In this document: positions 53,552 to 64,000 of the stretch, piece after piece
Numbering within the stretch: the first letter of the stretch is position 1
How the letters are laid out: each line of letters starts with the position of its first letter
Assembly: GCF_006345805.1 (NCBI RefSeq)
Contig: NC_043003.1
Coordinates: 48,980,001 to 49,044,000, forward strand
Length of the DNA stretch: 64,000 nt
Source of the DNA: Octopus sinensis
Taxonomy: Eukaryota
Direction: 5' to 3'
Position numbers and translations under genes: made by a program
The notes under the pieces: model-generated
Databases searched by the model: none
What the model saw: only the letters and a program-made list of their open reading frames with translations
Told to the model about the DNA's origin: nothing

Positions 53552-55146
53552 TTCTTGACACAATTAGAAGCGATGCATGTTAATAGAACTTTCCAATTCG
53601 AATCGAAGAGGAAGGTGTATAAGAGATGCATTCCTTTTTAACTATTGCATAATAATCTAAAACGTACATATTAAATACTTAAAAAATATGGCTACTTGGT
53701 TTGACTTACACATGCGTGCGCGCACTCACTCACACACACACACATACGTAACACACTCATACATACATATTTATATACATACACATACAAGATATATTAT
53801 TTATATATATAATATATATATATATTATATTATATATACACCTACAATTTACATATGTACATACACATATGCATACACACACACACGCACACATACACAT
53901 ATATATATACATACATACATTATATATAGATATATATATATATATATATATATGCACATACATATTTACATGTGTACATACACATATGCATACATATGTA
54001 GATGCATATGCGTGCGCGTACGTGTGTTTATTGGTTTAATCTCGAGAAAGGTGAAACTATGCACATGCCCTTCTCCCAGCGCTGCAAGACCGATTAGATC
54101 GACGCAATTGCTTTCTGTCAATAATTATAATTGTAAAGCTGACGATTGCTGAGAGAAAAAGATAAGATAAGCAGAGAGGATTTCCGTTGTTTTAACGTTC
54201 TGCGAAAAAGAAAAAAAAAGTATCTGAGCGTATGATTAGTTCATTGAGTAGAAGTGGCTGGTAATAACGAATAGGGTTAGAAATGGGTGAGTTGGGTGAT
54301 CCTGAGTGGTAGATGAAGGATACTGAGGAGTAGAAGCCAGAGTAGAGGCTGTAGAGGAGGAGGAAGAAGAGGAGGAGAAGAAGGAGACAAGCAAGCTTGC
54401 AGAAACGATGCTAAAGTGAGTTAGTAAGTGACAACATGCCAATTAGTTTTATTTTTTACTTCCTTCAGTCACTGGACTGTAGCCATGCTGGGGCACCGCC
54501 CCAAAGGGCTTTTTTGTCGAATAGATCGACCCCAGTACCTGTTTTTAAGTTTGGTACCAATTCTATATCCCACTTCCTCAGCTAACCCACCCCCGTTCGC
54601 CGTCACATGTGATCCCAGATACTTAAAAACATTAAACCTCCTCTAACATTTCACCATTTATACTCACATTCATTCTACCAGCCATTAGAACGTCTCATCA
54701 CTTTACTCTTAGCTACATTCACTTTCGGTTTCCCCCTCTCTCACATGGGCAAAAAAAAAATGTTCAACTTCTTGCCTAGAGCGAGCCCATAGCAATATCA
54801 TATCTTCTTCACTATTTCAGTATTACGTGTTAAAAGTGAAGCAAAAACATTTCTCTATTTTATGTCAGATGCGTTCACTTTAACAATAAAAATAATAATA
54901 ACAATTGAATTATATGTAGTAAGTAATAATTAAAATCAAACTAAAGTATAATATAAATCGTAACATAACAAAATAAAAATAGCAATTGGTATAAAATTGC
55001 TCAATGACTTGAACCTGGTTTCACATGAATGGGAATAAATAAAAATAGAATTAGCGTGCAGAAATGGAATAGTCCAGATAGAGGGTGGCAATACCCTTTA
55101 CCACGGCTTTTACATTAGATTATCTGCTAATTAGCTAGCATTAGTA

Positions 55147-56124
55147 TCTATATGAAGTTTGGCTGTATGTAATGTCTGTTTTCTCGAACCGCGCTTCTAC
55201 TGAGTACTGTTATTATTATATTACTGTTAACTATTGTTATCACGTTTGTTGGTTCCTCGTAAGGGAAACGTTGTTGTTTTGCATTTGTTAAATAATTGTA
55301 AACTGTAACCTCCCCCTTTGGGAGAAGGGGCTTTGGTTATTGTTTAAAAAGTGAATTGTGTCCCTGTTTGGGGAAATTGACAATATTTTCACCGTTTATA
55401 CGGAAGCATTTTTGTTAGAATGCCTTCGATAGAAGAAATTCCAAAAATGAATTTCGCTGCAGCCGTCGGCGGGCGCGAACTCATTGAAATTAAAATGGAA
55501 GAAATACAAACCTATTTCGGACAGATCACCGACAAAGACAGTGAATCTAGGATAACACCACCAAACGAAATAAAAAAATTAAATTAAAGAAAAGACTATT
55601 GTCTATAAAGTATACAATGTAGAGAGAAAAAATTGAACACCTGGAGGAAAGCACCATCAAAAAGTGTCTTGGTGCGACTATGAAAGATATCTAACCAGAG
55701 GCGGTAACTTCGCCACAGTAGAAGCAAGGTTCGAGTCAATGGAGCGTACAAGGGAGTACTCGACTCGAACCTTGCAAAGTGGAAATATTTTATTTTTCCC
55801 TTTATATCTGGGACATAGGACGTACCGGATAAAAATTAAATCTCCCCCCAGAAATAGAGGTAGACTGGATTGTAGCCACACTTCTAAACAAGAGGGAGGA
55901 CAAGATACAATTGATCGAAATTGCAAGAGACGGGCCTACAATTCCAGTCTGTTATATATTTTGAGTATTGTTATCACTAGCGATATCAAGATATAACTTT
56001 GTATTTTGTATTTTATGTGTAGATGTATATATATATAGATGTAAATGTAATATGTACACATATATATATACATATATACATGCACTAGCCACTATGACTC
56101 GGCAACGACGGGTCATAATGCTAG
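55147..56124 (+). mobile_element. Helitron-like ends enclosing a LINE ORF1-like fragment
   Basis: 5' A|TCTATAT..AGTTTG.CTGT..TGTCTGTTTTCTCG resembles the 5' end of the Helitron at 27070. 3' hairpin TATGACTCG-GCAACGA-CGGGTCATA is followed by CTAG|T. Confidence 0.6.
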
Positions 56125-56129
56125 TATAT

Positions 56130-56182
<53 letters not shown>

Positions 56183-57156
56183 CCTCTTCTATTGCTAGCT
56201 CTCTTTTGTCAAACTGCGAAGTTAGGGGCGTAAACAAACCAACACCAGTTGCGAACACCGCTCCATCTGAAAAGAAAAACAACAAAAAGAACCATCTTCG
56301 AAGAATAACCAGGAAGAAAAAACAAACATGAGCCAATAAACATAGAAGAAGCAAACCTAGATTAGCGTACAGTCAAAAGAAAACGCAAACGAAAAAATAC
56401 CACACCCACTCCCACTCAACCACAGACACTCACCCCAGTGCCACCACATCACAGACACACACACCAGAAATAACCCACCTGCTACTTCCCACTACAGACA
56501 CCCCCACACAATACGAATCCATATCACCTCGCCCCAAAACAGTCATAAAAATTACCGCCTAATAGAATACCCACCTAACAGAACTAGTCTGCACAAACCC
56601 CCGTATATCCCCCTATATCGTACCCCCAAGCCACAACATACCAGAGCACGTAAACTTTATCTACGTTGATAGTAAGGCTTATATTGATATATATATAAAA
56701 TTTCCTAAAGAAGTTGGGTCGCTACAGCGGGTATTTACCAAACACTTATGAACACGGTTCCCGAAAGACACCCCACAAGCCGCGGAAGGGGTAGGGAGCT
56801 ACTCACACACTTCCACACCAAATGAAAGTAAATTCTTACTACTATGTTTTCGCTCAAGCTCGGTTGAATATAATATATAAGGAAAAAGGACAGAGAAGAA
56901 GAAAAGGAAGAAGGGCAGGTAGTCCAGAGAAAATCACGTTGATCGTTATTTGGCCGAAAAATAACACACACACACGCATATGTATGACGGGTTGCCACAC
57001 AAAGGTCGAACCAGGGCTACAGTAAAAGATACCCAAGTGCCAAATAGTGGGATTGTAACCGAAACAATGTGGTTACAAAGCGAGCTTCTTAACCACACAG
57101 TCATACCAGTGAGTTATTGCGTATTTTTTAAATTGTGTCTAGGTTGTCTGTATATG

Positions 57157-57201
<45 letters not shown>

Positions 57202-57202
57202 T

Positions 57203-57236
<34 letters not shown>

Positions 57237-57334
57237 ACAGTAGCAGCAGCAGCAGAACCACCAACACCACCACTACCCCAAATGGAGCAATACTTCATTG
57301 TGTGTCTCATATGAGATTTTTTTCATCTTTATGT

Positions 57335-57678
57335 TTTATCCTTCATCTCATACTTGTCTCAGTCATTTGACTGCGGCCATGCCTGGGCACCATCTTGAAT
57401 CGACCCCAGTTCTTATTCTTTTAAGCTTCGTCATTCAATGGGTCACTTTGGCAAAAGAGACCGATAGGGAGGGAAACATACCAACACCGGTTCTCAAGCT
57501 GTAGTGGGTTACACACACATATGCGACGGGCTTCTTTTCAATTTCCGTCTACCAAATCTACTCAGAAGGCTTTGGTCGGCCCGAGAGTGTAGAAGAAGGC
57601 ATTGCTCAAGGTGCCACACAGAGATACTGAACCTGGGACCATGTGGCTAGGAAGCAAGATTCTTACCACACAGCCACG
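57335..57678 (-). mobile_element. SINE family B
   Basis: Head and tail align with the other B copies. Confidence 0.8.
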
Positions 57679-57679
57679 G

Positions 57680-58115
57680 TTTTGTAAACGTTGGGAGTTG
57701 AAGTATTTGGGGGCTTTGAAGAAGGACGTCAGTCTAGGAGTCATGTAGTTTTTGTTATACTGAAGATGTGAGAACACCAGCGGAGATCCTTAGTGATAGG
57801 GATGCCTAGCAACTGTAACAAATTTGATTGGCTTAGCAGCGTGTTATTAAGGCTGAGTACAGTGTTGTTTCCATGAAATGTATAGCATTTGTATCTTTGA
57901 CTTGATGAAAAAGACAAACTGGATGTGTCTTTGAGATCCCTGTTCCTGGAATCAGTAGATGTCTGGTATGAAGAGTCCAAGTTAAACGTGGATTATGTCT
58001 GAGTACGAAAGGTTACAGAGGAGTGAGTAGGAATTGACGTTATTGGATGTGGTAAAAATTATATCGTTGATATATTGGAAGAGAATATAAGTAAAAAACA
58101 AGAACAAACTGGGGT
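57680..58115 (-). mobile_element. CR1/L2-like LINE RT fragment
   Basis: YINDIIFTTSNNVNSY and LQLLGIPITKDLRWCSHIFSITK..FFKAPKYFNSQ. Confidence 0.7.
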
Positions 58116-59079
58116 ACATCGCGATTGTGCGCGCTGACATAAAACATCTGATCTAAGAGATAAGAGACAGGCAGAGGGCATAAACATGAAGCATAGCTTC
58201 TGAGTTCAATTTTCACCGAGGATATTATTTTCTGTTTTATTATCCGAGAAGTTTGTTATGTACCAGATATATTTGGTGAGAGATTTTATCGGTTCTAGCT
58301 CTCCATATACAAAGTATTGGCCTCGCGCTTGGCCAAAGAAAATCAATACATTCGTAGAAAACATGCCAAAATAAATATGCCGATAGCTGTTGCCAGATCT
58401 CCAGCCAATTATCATCGAAACACAGATAACACGCACCGCATCTAGAACTAATTAACATTCAATAAAACATTAAAATAAATAAATAAAATAAATGAATAGT
58501 GAGTTGAGCAACATAAAGATCGTGATAACTTAATCAGAACGATAAAAATAATTTAGAAAAAAAAGGGAACCATCTAATACGAGTGGATTTCATCTGAAAT
58601 GTGGGGAATGTTAATCATATCGGTGGTTCAAATTATCGTTTATCAAATAATATGAAAGAAAGCTATTGGGATATTATATATAAAAACAAATCCGTTGCCA
58701 AACTGATAAACTGCAGCAACATTTAAAAAAACTTATATTATATATCTAATAATATTCCTTGTGCCGTATGGAAGGATTTATATTCGACCAAAGGAGCGAG
58801 CCAGCCAAATTCAGGGAACCTCGATTTACAAGAACTGGCTGTCAAATCAAATTACTCTGAAATTCTAAAACCTAGGGCTAGATTGGGCAATACAGCTCGG
58901 CAGATAAAAAAGATAACACAGAAATTAAACGACTGTTATTGCTTACACAGGGCTAAACAATATCACAAACAACTAGTTATACACACACACACACACTCAC
59001 ACACACATGCATACACACATATTCCCATTCTTTCTCTTTCTCTCTCTCTCTCTCATATGCGCACATACACACTGGTGTA

Positions 59080-59238
59080 GCTGCGTGGCTGTGTGGCAAG
59101 AAGCTTGCTTCCCAAGCGTGTAGTATTGTGTTCAGTCTCACTACACCCTCCATAGGAGAGTGCGTTCGTCTATAGTACCATGCCAGCCAAACTCTTGTGA
59201 GCGGATTTGGTAAACGGAAAATGGAAAGAAGCCCATCG

Positions 59239-59295
<57 letters not shown>

Positions 59296-59400
59296 GCTTA
59301 TCTCTTTCTCCCTTTCTCTCTCTCTATGTGTATATATGCGCGCATGTGTGTGTGTTTGAGCCTGTGTGTGCCACTCTTCATCACTTGACAACCAGTGTTT
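59080..59400 (+). mobile_element. SINE family B, degenerate, with an internal (TCTA)n tract
   Basis: Head and GGATTTGGTAAACGGAAA block. Confidence 0.7.
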
Positions 59401-60204
59401 CTTTCTTTCAAAATGAAGACATTTGAAATATTCCCTCAAATATAATTGGCAGAACTTTATACATATTCTCTTTCGGTAAACAGCTTAACTATACTGACCA
59501 TTACACTATTAAAGCGAAGACACGACTATTTTGAGTGCGATATTTTTTCCTATTATTTAGGGTTTTACTTAATTATGAAAAATCCTTACCAAAAGGAATC
59601 AAACCCAATCTCCCGGTTTAAAATCATCAACTGGGACGCGCGGAGGAGGTTTTTAGTAGAGTCCAGTCTCTGGTAAGAATTCGAACCAGATCTCTGATAA
59701 CCTATGAGTTGCTGTTTCTTTCACACTTGTCCTCAGCTTATATGGTGGACCTGGAAAAAGACGAAATCATGGGCGTTGCACCATCTCCTCTGATCAATCT
59801 TTGACATAATGGTGAAGGGACGATGTTCAATGTAAGTAATTAATCAATCAATTAATTAATTAATTAACTAATTAATCAATCGATGAATGAATGAATCAAT
59901 TAATTAGTTTTGAAATAGTGGAACCTGTATCGGACAGGATTGGCAATCTGTCTGCATCTGTATGTACAGACGTGAACGATTTATTTTTGTGGAAGGCATA
60001 AACGCATATGCATACAAGTCGTCCACTCTTCGTGTTACCGGTCTAGTCGCTTGAGGTGTGACACTGCTTGGCACTGGAGTCACAAATAATCAGAAAATAC
60101 CAATAATCAGAAAATGGAGAAAACCTCAGATTAACAAACACTTCAATTGGACCACATTTATAGCTTATATTTTAATACAAAACATAACAAATAGGTGACG
60201 TAGA

Positions 60205-60569
60205 ATATATTACGGCTGTTTCCGATCTGTTGCCAAAATGCTGTCAATAAATAAATGCGAGAATAAAGTTCTTCATTTTCATAGGGCATTCGAATTCCAG
60301 CACGGTGCTTCATTAGATTAAAAAACAAGAGCATACAATATAAATTAAGGGAAGAAGCAAAAGCAAAGAAAACATGGCCTAGACAAAGAGCCATTTTTCT
60401 ACGCCATGTTTTCTTTTCCTTTCCTTCTTCCCTTTGTTTATATTGTATGCTTTTGTTTTTTACACTGATGAAGCTCCGTTGCCTTGATTCGAAAGCCCTA
60501 TGAAGATGAAGAACTTTATTCTCACATTTATTTATAGACAACATTTTGGCAACGGATCGGAAACAGCCG

Positions 60570-60577
<8 letters not shown>
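60205..60577. repeat. ~370-bp imperfect palindrome (two ~180-bp arms, ~6-nt loop) with hammerhead-like motifs
   Basis: 60205-60387 is the reverse complement of 60394-60577, roughly 85-90% identical by eye. Confidence 0.9.
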
Positions 60578-60645
<68 letters not shown>

Positions 60646-60819
60646 CCACACTTAAACCTGGATGTTCTGTTAGAACTAACTGTACTGCGGTAGTTGTCAT
60701 GAGAGAAACTCTCATTATGACTTTTGGTGTAAAATGCACTCTTCTTTATATCGCTTGCGGGAAGATAAATCCCCGCCAACTCCAGCATCAAGACCGCCAG
60801 ATCACGGGATTTCGACTGC

Positions 60820-60854
<35 letters not shown>

Positions 60855-60864
60855 TATCTGTCTG

Positions 60865-60944
<80 letters not shown>

Positions 60945-61006
60945 ACATATCTGTCTATCTATCTATCTATCTACCTGTCTGTCTGCCTGTCTGTCTGCTT
61001 GAATGC

Positions 61007-61069
<63 letters not shown>

Positions 61070-61121
61070 CCTGTCTGTCTGCCTGTCTGTCTGCCTGAAT
61101 GCCTGTCTGTCTGTCTTTCTA

Positions 61122-61212
<91 letters not shown>

Positions 61213-61708
61213 GTCTGTCTATCTATTAGATAAACAATCACTTATGCCACATATATTTGTAATAAATAGAATCGAGAGTGTGACCTATAAATCAATGAAG
61301 TATGTATCAACGGGAGATTATTCCTAGTGACCTTTTCGAGGAAGAACAATACTTTTTCTTGACACTTGGATGAAAAGAAGAAACACTTTGATTTGAAACA
61401 TAGAAACACCTGCAGTAAACTTGACGAGTCTAAAGATAAACAACATCCGTCTGACGAACGCTGTGCGGTACAGGAAACTCAGAGCAGGGAAACAGTGAAG
61501 ATGTAAAACCCAAAATGATTAAAATAAAATCTATGTATTGATTGATCCACTTTCTTCCTTATTCGTACACATAAAACCATATGTACATACACACGCGCGC
61601 ACACACACACACACATGGACACAGAAATACGTGACTGTAAGCAGGCATATAATATATATAAAATATAAATGTAACTATATATATGCATATTTTTATGTTT
61701 GTGTATAT

Positions 61709-61745
<37 letters not shown>

Positions 61746-62061
61746 GCATAAATATATATACACATATATCTGTATCTGTATATATAATATATAATATATA
61801 AATTCTTACAAATACAATACCTACATATACATACATACATACGCACATAGATACATGCGTGCATCCATATGCTGATTCAATACATACATACATATATACA
61901 TACATATAAATATACATACATACATACATACATACATACATACATACATACATACATACATACATACATACATACATGCATACATACATACATAAAGAGA
62001 TATATTTATATATATAGAAAAACATGTGTGCATGAATGTATATATGTATATGTATGTATGC

Positions 62062-62094
<33 letters not shown>

Positions 62095-62324
62095 TGTATG
62101 TATGTATGTATATGTAGGTTTGTGTATATTGTTTTTACAAGAAAAGGATTGACTGTTTCTTTGAAGTTTCTTTTAATGTATATGCATATGTGCGTATACG
62201 AATCTGAGCATAAGTGTGGGAGTGTTTTTATGCCTGTAGATGTAAACACACACACACGCGCGCGCGCACACGCATACACACACATCGTAAGACTGTATAT
62301 TTGCGTATATGTGTGTATATGCTA

Positions 62325-62663
62325 ATATAAAACAAACCGCTTCGGTCATGAATGACCATGGGATCATACCTAGAAAGTTCCCCTCCTAGGCAAAAGTCCG
62401 GGCCAAGTTGTTTATGGGAAACCAGCAGTCACCCTATACATACCAGCCTCCCCCTCTCCACGCCACCGATGCTATCCAAGGGAAAAGACAAAGGCCGATA
62501 CATCTTGGCACCAGTTGTATTCCAACTCATTTCTACAGCTGAGTGAACTGGGGCAACGTGAAATTAGGTGTCTTGCTCAAGAACACAACACAACAGCCTG
62601 GTCCGGAAATCGAAGTCACTACTTCATAATTGTGAGTGCGACGCTCTAACCACTGAGCTATGT
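62325..62663 (-). mobile_element. SINE family C (CORE-like)
   Basis: Reverse complement TAGCTCAGTGGTTAGAGCG...TTCGATTTCC...GTTGTGTTCTTGAGCAAGACAC. Confidence 0.8.
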
Positions 62664-63134
62664 AGATATATATGTGTGTGTGTGTGTGTGTGTGTTGGAT
62701 GGACTCTTTTAGTAAAACAAAGGTCCAGCCTTACCACACTTGTGCAACTCTCACTCTACATGATAGTCACCGTGAAAGGTTACGTGTTTGTGGAATACTC
62801 AGTCAATCCATATGTTAATTCAATTAGTAGATTGCCCTGTTGAACGAACAACTAGACTCTCATACGTCGAAATCGACGGTAGAGGTCATCATGTTTTGAG
62901 ACATACTGTACAATGTTCAATATGAAAATTTGCAATATAGAAGAAATTACCATGCCAAATAATCCATAGATCATAGATGGGATCAGTACAATGCCGCTTG
63001 GACACAAGTCTAAGTCTGATCAACTTTGGTATGGTCGTCTGGAAAAGATTGTATGTTGTAAGACCTGAAACAAACAATAATCCTAGGATAAAACACTGAC
63101 GATGAGTCCGAGTGTTACGTCTGTAGATGCATCT

Positions 63135-63279
63135 TTTTGTTTCTGTCATTGGACTGCGACCAAATCGACCTCGGTACTTATTTTATCCAAACCTGTCACA
63201 TGTTCTGTCATTTCTACTACCAAACCGTTTAGTTACAGGGGCTTAAATAAGGCGAATCGGTTCTCAAGCAGTGGAGTAG

Positions 63280-63319
<40 letters not shown>

Positions 63320-63575
63320 CACAACACACACACACCACACACACACTTTCTTTCTCACTATCACTCTCACATATACGATAGGTTTCCACAGTTTCTGCCT
63401 ATCAAATTCGACGGGATTCCACACAGTTTCTGCCTACTAAATCCACTCACAAAGTATTGGTTTCGGTTCGGTCTATAGTAAAAGACATCTACTCAAGGTG
63501 CCTCGCAGTGGTAACGAACCAGAAACCGCGTGGTTGAAAGCGAGCTTCTTAACCTCACACCTATGCCTGCGCCTA
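63135..63575 (-). mobile_element. SINE family B
   Basis: Head at about 63575 and tail at about 63140, with an internal (CA)n tract. Confidence 0.8.
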
Positions 63576-63961
63576 TATTTTCAACTATTTGATTATAGGA
63601 TTTATAAACCGGATATATAAACACAGCCTGAAACTCAATATATCATCTGTAGGCAAGGGATCAATACATTGATAAACCTCATCTCATGAAATGTCAATGT
63701 TCTCAACATTTTGAATTCCAGACAGAAACGCAGATATTTTTAATGTTTAATAATTAACTCCAACTATATTAATACAAAACTAAGTGAATATATAATATAT
63801 AACTATATACATACATAACATCAAAGAAAAATACTTAGATTTTCATAAATTTATAAATGGAAGCATTTAGCCTACATACGCTTCCGGAGAGAGTGAATTG
63901 AAAAACGCATATAGTATTTTGCGTCTGGAATCACTTCTCATCCCTAGCCGGTGGTTGTCAT

Positions 63962-64000
63962 ACACTGATGACAGGTTACTACTCAGAAACCCGGGTCCGT
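63962..64000 (+). ncRNA. Hammerhead-like motif cut by the window end
   Basis: CTGATGA...GAAAC-CCGG-GTC; palindromic helix III, GUC triplet, weak stem II. Confidence 0.5.

Noticed and set aside
58250-58285. GATATATTTGGTG resembling the 3' half of miR-190
   Set aside because: The 5'/seed part does not match and I see no hairpin partner.

Overview
AT-rich eukaryotic DNA with no host protein-coding exon that I can support. The very dense (TA)n/(CA)n/(TACA)n/(TAGA)n/(TAA)n/(CAT)n microsatellites and the SINE families suggest an Octopus (coleoid cephalopod) intron or intergenic region; this is inference from recognising the repeats, not a database result. Nearly all supplied ORFs are translations of microsatellites or transposon relics. 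Recognisable elements: three tRNA-derived SINE families (called A, B and C here, many copies with clear TSDs); Penelope-like element (PLE, GIY-YIG) relics; R4/Dong-clade LINE fragments plus a ~520-bp non-coding repeat ('E') that sits in (TAA)n; RTE and CR1-like LINE fragments; mariner, maT, hAT and Tigger relics; and non-autonomous Helitrons. The most interesting signals: (i) several minimal hammerhead-ribozyme motifs in short (TA)n-embedded PLE-like elements; (ii) two fold-back structures with 3' ends facing outward, a ~3-kb PLE and a ~370-bp hammerhead-like palindrome; (iii) a same-strand stack of Dong/R4 and E elements in a (TAA)n hotspot; (iv) SINEs whose internal microsatellites act as landing pads for those elements; (v) a near-perfect 26-bp pre-miRNA-like hairpin. 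Coordinates of degenerate elements are approximate and were read by eye.
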